Assembly (NCBI GenBank): GCA_030696315.1
Contig: JAUYSM010000075.1
Span: forward strand, 72,580 to 136,579
Source: Pseudohongiella sp.
GTDB lineage: Bacteria > Pseudomonadota > Gammaproteobacteria > Pseudomonadales > Pseudohongiellaceae
DNA length: 64,000 bases
Direction: 5' to 3'
Position numbers and translations under genes: made by a program. Under the pieces are notes generated by a model that was given only the letters and a program-made list of their open reading frames with translations, was not told the origin of the DNA and searched no databases. This document shows positions 1 to 9,650 of this stretch, in pieces (the stretch's first letter is position 1; every line of letters starts with the position of its first letter).

Positions 1-1
1 A

Positions 2-55
2 GATTATCTTGCGCAGCGTATCAATGCTGCGCGCGATTTTTTGTTGGCGGATTGA
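2..55 (+). CDS. 3' end of a J-domain (DnaJ-family) protein, truncated by the window start
   Basis: Frame 2 reads DYLAQRINAARDFLLAD*, matching the end of Pam18/DjlA-like J-domains (GSxYLAxKINxAxDxL). Only 17 residues are visible. Confidence 0.6.
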   Translation, partial: DYLAQRINAARDFLLAD

Positions 56-72
56 GTGCCGCCGCCCAGCCA

Positions 73-837
73 TCAGGCTTTCTTTTTGTTTAAAAATGCC
101 TGGATGATGGCTTGTGCATCCGGTGACTGTAACAAGCGCGAGAACTGCAGCAGTTCAGCCTGAATGGTCTCATTCATCGGTGTGGCCTGATTACGCTTCA
201 TCAAGGCTTTGGAGGTCTGCACCGAGTCAGCTGGCAATTTGGCCAGATGATGGGCCTTGTTCATGGCATGTTCCATGTAACCAGCGGCAGGTAACACATC
301 GTTCACAATGCCAAACTCTTTGGCTTTGGCCGCAGAAATGCGCTCACCCAACAGCAACATCTCGCTGGCGCGCTGGTGGCCGATGATTTGTGGCAATAAC
401 AGGCTGGAGCCAGCTTCCGGACACAGACCCAGATTGGTGAACGGCAGTTGCAGGAAGGCATCCTCCGCCGCGTAAACCAGGTCACAATGGAACAGCATGG
501 TGGTGCCAATGCCAATCGCCATGCCGCCCACGGCTGCAATCACCGGCTTGCGGGCAAACGCAATGGCCTTCATAAACTGCACGGAGGGCCGTTCAGTGCC
601 CATGTCTTGCGCTTTCACAAAGTCGTTGACGTCATTACCACTGGTAAAACAGCCCTCGGTGCCGCGGATCAGGATGACACGCACATCACTGTGTTGATCC
701 GCCATTTTGATGCCATCAGCCAAGGCGGCATACATTGTCTGAGTGAGGGCGTTCTTTTTGTCCGGCCTATCGATCTGCAGCACAAATACACCGTGGTCAA
801 GCTGGTATGTAACGTTAAGATCGGGCGATGTGATCAT
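73..837 (-). CDS. Enoyl-CoA hydratase/isomerase (crotonase) family protein
   Basis: Motifs IDRPDKKNALT, FTSGND, AAVGGMAIGIG, GLCPEAGSS; 254 aa. Confidence 0.92.
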   Translation of the reverse strand: MITSPDLNVTYQLDHGVFVLQIDRPDKKNALTQTMYAALADGIKMADQHSDVRVILIRGTEGCFTSGNDVNDFVKAQDMGTERPSVQFMKAIAFARKPVIAAVGGMAIGIGTTMLFHCDLVYAAEDAFLQLPFTNLGLCPEAGSSLLLPQIIGHQRASEMLLLGERISAAKAKEFGIVNDVLPAAGYMEHAMNKAHHLAKLPADSVQTSKALMKRNQATPMNETIQAELLQFSRLLQSPDAQAIIQAFLNKKKA

Positions 838-1003
838 GTTCCAAGTTCTCAGTTTGCTGTTAGTTTCAGCTTGCCGTGCGGGTAAATCTAGAAACTATAA
901 GTTTGTTTAAGAGGTCAGGTTAACTGAATGCAAGAGAACCCTATCTTTGGCAAATAATTGGATAATCTTCCGCAGGAAATTCTATATTGGACATGGGTAA
1001 AGC

Positions 1004-1031
1004 AAAAACAGCGCCAAAAAATCTGGCGCTG
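1004..1031 (-). terminator. Rho-independent terminator downstream of dtcC
   Basis: The minus strand reads CAGCGCCA-gattttt-TGGCGCTG-TTTTT, an 8 bp stem plus U tract 113 nt after the dtcC stop. Confidence 0.7.
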
Positions 1032-1143
1032 CCGTCAACATTACCGCTTCCTGCTGTTGTCAGTGTTTTATAGAACAATTTTCAGTTTCATGCAAATGAA
1101 TAATAGTGTCTCAAAACATTATGACAAAAAGAGATTATTCACT

Positions 1144-2379
1144 TCAGGTAAAGCTTTGTGTGTGGTTTCTAATAAATTCGTCTATTGCCAGAGCGGAAAT
1201 TCTTGATGCATACAGCTGATACTTGTCATTTTTTTTGGTGTCGGCGTAGTCGCAAACAGCTTTAAGTGAAACCACGGGGATACGAGGGTTAACGCTTTGC
1301 GCTGCAAAATAGACTCCATACGTTTCCATGTCTAAGCCGCAGACATTTTTTTGTTGAGTATCCTTTATTGATGTTAGTGCTTGCCCATCTGCAAGTACTG
1401 AAGATCCTGTAGCAACGGGACCAACTACCAATCTAGGGAGCGCCATTTTATGTTCGATAGCCAGAGTAGCAAGAGAATTCCAAAACGGTTGATTCTTTTT
1501 CAACAGAAGCAGCTCCTGTTTGACCCTAGAATCAAGTTCAATCTGGTGTGGTGCGATTTGAAAGGATTTTACTCCCGACTTGTTCACATACTTACCACTT
1601 TGCCAATTCCACGTAATATCTGCACCCACAACATCACCTATGTTTGCTTTGCCTTTTACTCCTGCACAAATCCCACCCATAATTACTAGCTTAGGTTTCA
1701 GCTGTAATATCGCTTTAATTGTGAGTATAGATGATGCAACTAGACCCATCTGTGGTGCGAAAGCCGCAGCAATCCGCAAATCTTCGCGGCTATCATTAAA
1801 TTTGATTGTCCCGTAGCGCACCATTTGGCAGTCATCAAGTGGTTCGTATGGCATCCATTCATAGTCTATCTCTTCAAGTGCAGAGAACTCGGGCTCATCC
1901 AGTGCAGTAATGATAAAAATGTCTGCTGACTTGGCTGAAAACTCACGTTTCTTTTGCCTAATGATATATCGAGAAATAGACTCAATAGTATTGAGGCTCT
2001 CATCACTTTCCTCGTTATATTTCACTATCCCCCATGGGCGGTTTTTGAAGAACTCTAAAGCATCTTCGTCCAAATCAGTAGCAGAACTAAAAGGCACCGA
2101 ATAGCTAGGAGTAAAAAGAGCATCATTTGGCTCATCTAGTCTATTAAAGAGCTCGACGCAGTTGTCTTCGTTCTTCTCTCCACCAAGTACAATTGGCACC
2201 ACAATGTCCGCAAGAAACAGATCATATTTTTCTTTATGCATACATGAAATTGCATCTTTTGTGCATATCGCTACTTCAATCTTATGAAAAAGGTTCTTCT
2301 TACATTCAAGAAAACCAAGTAGTTTTTCTTTCTTTGACGGATCATCTTCCAAAACAAGCACACTTAAGGTCATTTCCAC
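1144..2379 (-). CDS. dtcC: Detocs effector DtcC: N-terminal receiver domain + C-terminal nucleoside phosphorylase-like (PNP, ATP nucleosidase-type) domain
   Basis: REC motifs VLVLEDD and YDLFLADIVVP; PNP_UDP_1 motifs IMGGICAG, IGDVV, GPVATGS, GLDMETYGV, KAVCDYAD; last gene of a kinase-REC-REC/PNP operon. Confidence 0.85.
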   Translation of the reverse strand: MEMTLSVLVLEDDPSKKEKLLGFLECKKNLFHKIEVAICTKDAISCMHKEKYDLFLADIVVPIVLGGEKNEDNCVELFNRLDEPNDALFTPSYSVPFSSATDLDEDALEFFKNRPWGIVKYNEESDESLNTIESISRYIIRQKKREFSAKSADIFIITALDEPEFSALEEIDYEWMPYEPLDDCQMVRYGTIKFNDSREDLRIAAAFAPQMGLVASSILTIKAILQLKPKLVIMGGICAGVKGKANIGDVVGADITWNWQSGKYVNKSGVKSFQIAPHQIELDSRVKQELLLLKKNQPFWNSLATLAIEHKMALPRLVVGPVATGSSVLADGQALTSIKDTQQKNVCGLDMETYGVYFAAQSVNPRIPVVSLKAVCDYADTKKNDKYQLYASRISALAIDEFIRNHTQSFT

Positions 2380-2840
2380 TCTCTTAGATATTTGGTTAAT
2401 ATCGCCTCGATCTTATTCTCCCAGACCGAAAACTCAGAATCGAAGTAAACCGTATCGATAAAGTTCTCGGGATAGTCCTCTGCTAGCTTTTGTGCTAAGT
2501 CGTTCAGCCCCAAAGTTTGGCTGCCATCAGTTATCACTGGGTATGATGTGACTACCAGAATGGGGATTTCGAAATCTTCTTTGTCTAGGTAATCGAAAAT
2601 ATCAACCCCACCAAATGGTCTCGGTGAACCACCGCGTTCTCTTGCCTTAATATCATAGGTGGGCAATGACATATCGGCGATTATAAGGGTTGGTTGCTCA
2701 GTGCCGATTGCATCTATTGCTGACCTAACTGATTGAGCGACAGAAATTTTAGCCTTGGGCACAGTACGTTCTACGACTCTCTGAATACTTTGTAACTTTG
2801 ACTCACTATCCTCAATAATAAGTATATAAATAAGATTCAT
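2370..2840 (-). CDS. dtcB: Detocs stand-alone receiver protein DtcB
   Basis: Single REC domain (ILIIEDS, LIIADMSLP, ILVVTSY) with no output domain; ATGA overlap with the upstream gene and 10 nt overlap with the downstream gene. Confidence 0.85.
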   Translation of the reverse strand: MNLIYILIIEDSESKLQSIQRVVERTVPKAKISVAQSVRSAIDAIGTEQPTLIIADMSLPTYDIKARERGGSPRPFGGVDIFDYLDKEDFEIPILVVTSYPVITDGSQTLGLNDLAQKLAEDYPENFIDTVYFDSEFSVWENKIEAILTKYLREWK

Positions 2841-5800
2841 TGATTTTGCTCAGTTTCTAATGGGCTACTTTTATTGATATATTTCATTTCAAAATAGAGT
2901 CGGAACTTATCTTCACCCAAGTACCCGAAGTCTATATTCGTTTCAGGAGATTGCATTACTATTGCAGCCAGTTTACAGAGACCGGATCCTCTATCAAGTT
3001 TAGCCCTTGCGCTGTAGTTACTCCGTTTAATTTCTTTAAGTGTGCCCAGAATCCTTGCTTCCTTTTCCTCTGTTCTGCTTTTGGGTGACAGGCTACTGAT
3101 TATCTCAAAGTTTATTTTTAAATTAAATTGATCAAACTCAATGTTGATATCAACTTTGTTGTCAAGTCTAATCCCTGAGTGTTGAAAGATATTGTCCAGA
3201 GCTATGTAGAGGGCGTCTTCAGTTATAGAGAATCCGTGTGTGTCAAGTTCAGGACATCGAACAATATTTTTTGTGATGCAAGGTCTGAAGTTTTGGTGTT
3301 GGCTAGTAATCTTTGCAGTCGCTACGTCAACTATGTATTCCATTGCATAAGATTTTCCTTCGACACTGAAAGTAGGTACTCTTATCCATCCAGATATGAT
3401 CTCTGATTTTCTTTGCAGTTCTTCTCCTGCCGACTTAATGTCCGAGATTAGCTTGGGGTTTATTGATGGGATTGATCTTGTATCGCCAATTAGCCTAGTA
3501 AAAATGGTATTGAAATCCCTTTTTAATTCTGAGCTTACAGTGACGCGTGACTTCTCAGATCGTGAGGACAATATTACCCAAAATATGTCGATGACTTCTT
3601 TGGTTAGGTCTTCAATTGTGTAGCATTTACTTGCAAGTGTTCGTATTACCACCATAATCCCTGGTGTAATCTGTAGATCGAATATCCCGCGCGGCTTCTT
3701 GATCGATTTTATATGGAAGTACTCATCTCTCATTGTTGCTATCAACGCATCTATAGAATTTGAAAACCTGTTGAACGCCGTATATATTGACCTCCTTTTG
3801 GAGCCTTCAAGATTCTCGGTCAGTTCTACCACTCGACGTGGCGGAGTGTAGCTCGATCCAACAGTTGGCCTTTGACCTATTAGGCCTCGCGATTCAAGCA
3901 CCCCTCGAATTTCACTGGAAATAGTTCCGTGGCGAATTCTTCTTCCGATGATAATATCAAGACCGGCCGCTGGGTCGTGCAAGAAAATCTCCATGATTCC
4001 TGTTACGATCTCACCCAACAGATCATCGGCATCATTCTTCGGTATGTGAAAGAGTTTCGCAGAAGGATTTTTTATTGATTTAATAATATCTTCGAATGAA
4101 TCACTTGATCCGATTCCACTTTCAACCAAGCTTATATACCTTTGGAAGTCTGCTAACAGGAGCTTATTGGCTTTGTTGAGGATCGCCTGTTCATCTGCAT
4201 AAACCTTGCTGTCGTCAAGAAACTCTAGGCCATCGCCAAGCGCAAGATTCTCCTCAATCTGGAGTGCTTCGACTTCGTATCTAATAGGATTTTCGTCCAG
4301 TATGTTGTAGAGATCTTTGAGGATAGCAGCTCTAATCTCCTTTGCTTGCTTAGAGGTGCTGACTCCAGGCAGCAGTTCTATCGTACTAATGTCGCAGGAA
4401 TTATAGATGAAAAACTCTATCTTTCTTTTTTCTATCCCCAGCCCAAAGAGTGATTCTGCCAAGGTTGATAAGTTTTTAATGTTGTACATGGAGATTACTT
4501 GCTCGACTGAATACCTCTTGTATGTTTTTATACTACGTTCGTTCGAAAGCTTAAGGTATAAATCTAAACAAATAGGTAGATCAACTCCATTGGCAAGCAG
4601 CTTGATTTCTTTCCACTTTTTTCCGCTTAATACTTCAATTATAGGTAATATATCTGAAATGTTTTCATTGCTAATCGCGCCGTTCGCGCAAGTTGTAATG
4701 CAGGACTTTAGGTTGTCATCGTCAAAAAACCTATGTGCAGCCAAGACAGTTACGCAGTCCGATAATAATTGATTTTCTTGGTCTGGCTTAAGATCTTCTA
4801 ATACTTTTTCATCGAAATTATCAGGACACCCAATTGTATTTAGTGCATGCACTAGTTTATTGGAAAAATTGCTTTTGTTCGAAGATTCGTAAAGGTAGCT
4901 ATTAAGTTTCTGAAGAACAATTGATTTAAAAGTTAGTGCAGTACTTTTACTTACTTCTGGACTTCTCAGGTATTCGAGAAGGATTTTTGGTAGTGGAGGT
5001 GTTTTTGCGAAGCCATTTATGGCTAATGCCATCGTTGTGTAACTAAAATTAGTAATTTTTTTTTGTAGCACTTCGGAATGAAATCCAGTCGAGGATGTTG
5101 ATAGTTTGTCAGTAATCCCAAGTACAAGTTCGTCCTTTGTCGCATCTTGATCAAAATCGCTATTTTCGGTGAGGAGCGAAATACTTCTTTCGACAGCTTG
5201 CTTAATTTTCGTAATTGATGAGACTTGGTTCTCTACGTCATGTTCTAGCTCGGTAGTTTGTTTATCCCGCATTGGAATATATGCTAGATCTAGTAATTCG
5301 AAGAACTGACGAAGGTAAATTGTTGCAGTCTCAGCTGCATTTATGGTTTCTTCTGAATACTTGTTACTATTGGTGTAGATCTCAGTTAGTACTTTAATGA
5401 GAGTAAAAGTAAGATCAATTTGGTTATTCAGTTGTTCGCAAGCGAGAGTGGTTGCCATTTCTTTCTCGCTGCTGCTAATACTGCTTGTCAATCGATATAT
5501 CGAGTAAACTTTAATTTCATCTTCTAAATCGGAGTCTTCTACTCTTTTCTTTGTGCTAGATAAATATCTAACAATATTTTGTGCAGGTTCGTTCCGTTGG
5601 CCTAAATGGTGGAATATGAATCTGTTTAGTCCGAATGCCAGTCCTTTAAGCTCGGCAACGCGGGATTTCATAGCTTCAATGCCGAGTGCTGATTGTAGAA
5701 GGGCAATTTCGGTCTCAATTCCCCAATAGGAGTAGCTTTGCTTTTCTATTATCTCTTTAAGTGACTCTAATGCATTCGTAAATTCAAGCTGTTCAATCAT

Positions 5801-6199
5801 TATGTTTAAAGCTTGGGCGGAGGAAAAAAAGTCTAGTATAGATTCTCTTTCTTCATTTATCCTTTTGCACGCAAGTTCAATTTCCAATTTCAAACTGGCG
5901 CTTGAGATACTATTAGGCATTATCCCAAGTAGCGTTAAGTCTTTACCGAGTGTGCCCGCTGATGTATTTGGTTGCAGCTGAATTTTTAGCCAGTGATAAA
6001 AGTTTTCATATTCAGCATGGCTTAGAACTTTCTTTGCTAGCACTTTAGACTGGTTAATTTGCGTACGAGCGCGCTGAACTCTTTTCCATTGTATTTTGTT
6101 GTAATCTGGCGAGCCTTTAGCTTTTAGAAGTGAAATTGCACCACGTGCAGAGTTTTTTATCTCAACAAGAGTCACCTTTTTGTTCTTTCCCTTTACCAT
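2837..6199 (-). CDS. dtcA: Detocs sensor DtcA: large soluble helical protein with C-terminal histidine-kinase-like ATPase
   Basis: 1120 aa with no obvious TM helix; RRIRHGT (candidate phospho-His), N-box-like ALDNIFQHSG, G-box-like DRGSGL; translationally coupled to dtcB. Confidence 0.8.
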   Translation of the reverse strand: MVKGKNKKVTLVEIKNSARGAISLLKAKGSPDYNKIQWKRVQRARTQINQSKVLAKKVLSHAEYENFYHWLKIQLQPNTSAGTLGKDLTLLGIMPNSISSASLKLEIELACKRINEERESILDFFSSAQALNIMIEQLEFTNALESLKEIIEKQSYSYWGIETEIALLQSALGIEAMKSRVAELKGLAFGLNRFIFHHLGQRNEPAQNIVRYLSSTKKRVEDSDLEDEIKVYSIYRLTSSISSSEKEMATTLACEQLNNQIDLTFTLIKVLTEIYTNSNKYSEETINAAETATIYLRQFFELLDLAYIPMRDKQTTELEHDVENQVSSITKIKQAVERSISLLTENSDFDQDATKDELVLGITDKLSTSSTGFHSEVLQKKITNFSYTTMALAINGFAKTPPLPKILLEYLRSPEVSKSTALTFKSIVLQKLNSYLYESSNKSNFSNKLVHALNTIGCPDNFDEKVLEDLKPDQENQLLSDCVTVLAAHRFFDDDNLKSCITTCANGAISNENISDILPIIEVLSGKKWKEIKLLANGVDLPICLDLYLKLSNERSIKTYKRYSVEQVISMYNIKNLSTLAESLFGLGIEKRKIEFFIYNSCDISTIELLPGVSTSKQAKEIRAAILKDLYNILDENPIRYEVEALQIEENLALGDGLEFLDDSKVYADEQAILNKANKLLLADFQRYISLVESGIGSSDSFEDIIKSIKNPSAKLFHIPKNDADDLLGEIVTGIMEIFLHDPAAGLDIIIGRRIRHGTISSEIRGVLESRGLIGQRPTVGSSYTPPRRVVELTENLEGSKRRSIYTAFNRFSNSIDALIATMRDEYFHIKSIKKPRGIFDLQITPGIMVVIRTLASKCYTIEDLTKEVIDIFWVILSSRSEKSRVTVSSELKRDFNTIFTRLIGDTRSIPSINPKLISDIKSAGEELQRKSEIISGWIRVPTFSVEGKSYAMEYIVDVATAKITSQHQNFRPCITKNIVRCPELDTHGFSITEDALYIALDNIFQHSGIRLDNKVDINIEFDQFNLKINFEIISSLSPKSRTEEKEARILGTLKEIKRSNYSARAKLDRGSGLCKLAAIVMQSPETNIDFGYLGEDKFRLYFEMKYINKSSPLETEQNQ

Positions 6200-6757
6200 A
6201 TTCTGGCATCCGTATCTAAAAGCAAAAATCAGTTAATAATGTCGCTCCAGCCTTTGATAGCTCAATATATTGTAGCAAGTGTCATTTCGAAGGTTACGTT
6301 TGCTAGCGACAACTAATCGGAAGTATTTACTCGATTAGCTGACCAGAACATCATCTATGTTTGGGTAGTTTGCATCAAGCTAGATATTTTTGGAAATTAT
6401 TATGAACTACATTGCTTGCTGATGTTTTAGTATTGCTGTGAGATTAGTCGAAGTGCACTACTTCGTCTACAGATGCGCATGGCTTTTTATGTGTTATTCA
6501 AATGGTGGCGATTCTGGAGTTAAATTTCTCGCATACGAAGGGACTTTCCCGTTCCATATTAAGTTAGATTGAAATATACCGCTTTTCGTATCAATCATCA
6601 CCGTACTACACCGCGGGATTTTGGGTGAGAAATAGAGAATATTTAATGAATTCAATCGTATTTTAGATATATTTTGAGCTATATAACCAATGCCAAAACA
6701 AGTCTCTTCATTATATTCTTCTTTAACAATCTTTTTTAGGCATTGGGTTACGGATAC

Positions 6758-7966
6758 TTAATCTAAGAATTCGCGTATGGTTGTGGAGTTTTGCCCAACA
6801 CTATAAACCCCATCCAGATGTCCCCAAGGACCTTCGATCTCTTCATAATAAGACTCTTTACCCAGACTCAGCAGCGTGTCATGCGCCGCTTTTGCCATGT
6901 ATGGTTGCAGCAGCAAGTCATTGGTCGCAGGCAGAAACAGCACTTTGGCGGTGACCGCAGACAGTCCATTGCTCAGGTTGTCTGCAAAACCAGCCATAAA
7001 CAGCTGATTGGCGCGTACCAGATACAAGACGTGATTGGCATCGGCATAGGTGGTGCGCGCCTGGGCAGCCGCGTTGAGCTGTTCTACCACCACAAAGTTG
7101 GCGCGGATATCTTGTAAGGGCGCCGCCTCACGTGGGCTGCTGGCAGCATAGGCCTGATTAAAAATCAGGGGATGCATGGCTTGCAAAGTCACCATACCCA
7201 ATGCCTGGCGCAGGCCGGTGCTGGGTGCTTCGCCATCGTAGTAGTTGCCGTTGTTCCAGTTGGGATCGGCAATAATCGGGTTGGCCCATTGCTGCAAGCC
7301 GGCAATTGTCCACGGATCCGCGGCACCCATGCCAATCACGGAAATCACACGTTCCACATAGTCAGGGTAAGCAGTGGCCCAATCCAGCGCTTGAAGTGAA
7401 CCCATGGATGCGCCGACCACCGCGTGGAGTTTCTGCACGCCCAGACTGTCCAGCAGGGCTTTTTGCACATTTACAAAATCGCGGATGGTGACCACTGGAA
7501 AATCCAGGGCATAGGGTTTGCCGGTGGCGGGATTGATGCTTGCCGGGCCGGTGGTGGTGACCATGGGGTTATGCGGTTCTTGATTCACTAAGGTGTCGGA
7601 GCTGATCACGTAGAAGCGATTGGTGTCGATGGTTTTGCCAGGTCCAATGATGGCATCCCAGTAACCGGGCAGGGCATCGGCGTCGGTATATTTGCCGGCC
7701 GCGTGGCTGTTGCCTGAAAAAAAGTGCGTGATCAGAATGACGTTATCTTTTGCGGCGTTGAGTTCGCCATAGGCTTCCCAGCCCACCTTGACTTCGGCGA
7801 TTTGTTGGCCGTTAAAGGTCTGGAAATCCCGCGTGGTAAATACTTGTTTTTGTACCAGATCCAGCGATGTTTGCGCGGCCGACTGTTCTTGTGCGCAGGC
7901 ACTCAGTGCATAAAACGTCAGCACAAGCATCAGTGCTTTATTCAAAGCGTTTACTGGATTCCACAT
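6758..7966 (-). CDS. Exported MetX (homoserine acetyltransferase)-like alpha/beta-hydrolase, E22-type esterase
   Basis: HFFSGNSHAAG, nucleophile elbow GASMG, catalytic DLLL and GHLDG; N-terminal signal ending LSAC; RBS GGAGAG before ATG 7966. Confidence 0.8.
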   Translation of the reverse strand: MWNPVNALNKALMLVLTFYALSACAQEQSAAQTSLDLVQKQVFTTRDFQTFNGQQIAEVKVGWEAYGELNAAKDNVILITHFFSGNSHAAGKYTDADALPGYWDAIIGPGKTIDTNRFYVISSDTLVNQEPHNPMVTTTGPASINPATGKPYALDFPVVTIRDFVNVQKALLDSLGVQKLHAVVGASMGSLQALDWATAYPDYVERVISVIGMGAADPWTIAGLQQWANPIIADPNWNNGNYYDGEAPSTGLRQALGMVTLQAMHPLIFNQAYAASSPREAAPLQDIRANFVVVEQLNAAAQARTTYADANHVLYLVRANQLFMAGFADNLSNGLSAVTAKVLFLPATNDLLLQPYMAKAAHDTLLSLGKESYYEEIEGPWGHLDGVYSVGQNSTTIREFLD

Positions 7967-8006
7967 CGCTGAACTCTCCAAAAGTGTAAGGTCTGCTGAC
8001 AGCCAC

Positions 8007-9638
8007 TCAGCCTTGTGCGGCGCTTATCAGAATGTTGCCGTATTGTTCACGCAATTCATTTTTTAATACTTTGCCGGTACCGGTTTTGGGCAGGCTTTCC
8101 ACAAACAGAATATGGTCGGGCATCCACCAGCGTGCAATTTTTCCGTCCAGGAACACCACTATCTCATTGGCCTCGACCCGCACGCCTCGGTTGCACACCA
8201 CAATCAGTACCGGTCGCTCATCCCACTTGGGGTGTTTGGCACCAATCACCGTGCATTCATTCACGTCAGGATGTTGGCTGACAATGCTTTCAATCTCAAG
8301 AGAGCTGATCCACTCGCCGCCGCTTTTGATCACATCTTTTTTGCGATCAACCACACGCATATAGCCTTGTGCATCAATCACTGCGATATCACCCGTCGCC
8401 AGCCAGCCGTTGGGGAAGGCGCTGAGATCGGGATTTTTATAATACTGGCTGCAAATCCAGGGGCCGCGAACGCGCAGCTCGCCACTGGTTTCGCCGTCGT
8501 GTGGCAGTGGGTTGTCATCGGCATCAAAAATCGCCATCTCAACACCAAAAGCAGCCTGGCCGGCTGTGGTCTGCTTCTGATAACGCTGCTCCAGCGGTAA
8601 CTGCATCACGGCTGGCGAGGGCGGCAAGGAGGTTGCCAGCGGGCCGGTTTCGGTCATGCCCCAGATCGGTTGCCAGTAAATGCCGTAACGCTCTTGATAC
8701 AGCTTGACCATGCCCAGCGGTGAGGCGGCGCCGCCGACACACACCCGTGTGAGTGAGCTCTCGGTCACGCCGGCATCGGCCCAATAGTTATGCAACGTCA
8801 GCCAGATGGTTGGTACACCCAAGCCCACCGTGACGTTTTCAGAGGCAATCAGTTCGGCCATGCTTTTGCCATCCATGCCGCTGCCGGGCAATACCAGCTT
8901 GCAACCGGACAAGGGTGCGGCGTACGGCGCGCCCCAGGCGCCGGCGTGGTACATGGCAACCATGGGCAATAAAACGGTGTCCGGGGTCAGATCCAGCAGT
9001 TCGCGTGAAGCGCTGGCCTGGGCATGTAACACCATCGCGCGGTGGGAATACAACACGCCTTTGGGATTGCCCGTGGTGCCCGAGGTGTAACACAGTGCAG
9101 CAGCGGTGTTCTCATCAAAACGTGGCCAATTGAAGGCTGTTGGCTGATCCTGCACCATATCCTCAAAACAAAACACTGGCTCCAGTGTCGTGTCGGGCAT
9201 GTGTGCAAGGTCGGTCATCACCACAAAACCTTTGACAGTTTTCAGGCGCTCGGCAAGAGGTTCCAGGAGTGCCACAAAGGACAGATCCACAAACACATAA
9301 CTGTCCTCGGCATGATTGATGACATATTCAATCTGTTCACTGAACAGGCGCGGGTTGACGGTATGCAGCACGGCACCCAGACCAGACACGGCGTAGTACA
9401 GTTCCATATGGCGGTGTGTGTTCCATGCCAGCGTGGCAATACAGTCGCCGGCTTTTACGCCCAGTTCCTCCAGCGCGTGCGCCAATTGCGCGCTGCGTTG
9501 CCAGATTTCAAGGTAATTGCTGCGGTGAATATCACCTTCAAGCCGGCGAGAAATCACGTGCTGTTCAGGATAACGCTGACGTCCGTGATTCAACAGATCG
9601 ATGATCAACAGGGACGAATCCATCATATTGCCGTGCAT
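8007..9638 (-). CDS. Acyl-CoA synthetase (AMP-forming), medium/long-chain or DmdB-like family
   Basis: YTSGTTGNPKG, WGMTETGP, GWLATGD, DRKKDVIKSGGEWISS, LPKTGTGK; RBS GGAG before ATG 9638. Confidence 0.92.
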   Translation of the reverse strand: MHGNMMDSSLLIIDLLNHGRQRYPEQHVISRRLEGDIHRSNYLEIWQRSAQLAHALEELGVKAGDCIATLAWNTHRHMELYYAVSGLGAVLHTVNPRLFSEQIEYVINHAEDSYVFVDLSFVALLEPLAERLKTVKGFVVMTDLAHMPDTTLEPVFCFEDMVQDQPTAFNWPRFDENTAAALCYTSGTTGNPKGVLYSHRAMVLHAQASASRELLDLTPDTVLLPMVAMYHAGAWGAPYAAPLSGCKLVLPGSGMDGKSMAELIASENVTVGLGVPTIWLTLHNYWADAGVTESSLTRVCVGGAASPLGMVKLYQERYGIYWQPIWGMTETGPLATSLPPSPAVMQLPLEQRYQKQTTAGQAAFGVEMAIFDADDNPLPHDGETSGELRVRGPWICSQYYKNPDLSAFPNGWLATGDIAVIDAQGYMRVVDRKKDVIKSGGEWISSLEIESIVSQHPDVNECTVIGAKHPKWDERPVLIVVCNRGVRVEANEIVVFLDGKIARWWMPDHILFVESLPKTGTGKVLKNELREQYGNILISAAQG

Positions 9639-9650
9639 GTAAAACTCCAA

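Larger units (their letters stand above)
880..6757. other. AT-rich defence island (horizontally acquired region)
   Basis: GC drops sharply (19/60 G+C at 4801-4860 versus 31/60 at 8401-8460). Borders are approximate; no integrase or att repeat was seen. Confidence 0.75.

Noticed and set aside
958-1206. 82 aa plus-strand ORF at the left edge of the island
   Set aside because: No recognisable motif or RBS; it crosses the dtcC terminator and overlaps the dtcC 3' end.
1144-2379. Housekeeping MTA/SAH nucleosidase (pfs)
   Set aside because: The fused receiver domain, the kinase/REC operon and low GC fit a Detocs effector instead.
5056-5064. A9 run in dtcA (also 8-nt runs in dtcC and the ICMT gene) as phase-variation sites
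   Set aside because: Runs of 8-9 nt are expected in AT-rich Lys/Phe codons and all frames are intact.
6200-6757. Integron attC, dif or att site bounding the island
   Set aside because: No RYYYAAC/GTTRRRY-bounded palindrome, dif consensus or direct repeat shared with the left border was found by eye.
6758-7966. metX for methionine biosynthesis
   Set aside because: The export signal and catabolic neighbours indicate the esterase subfamily.
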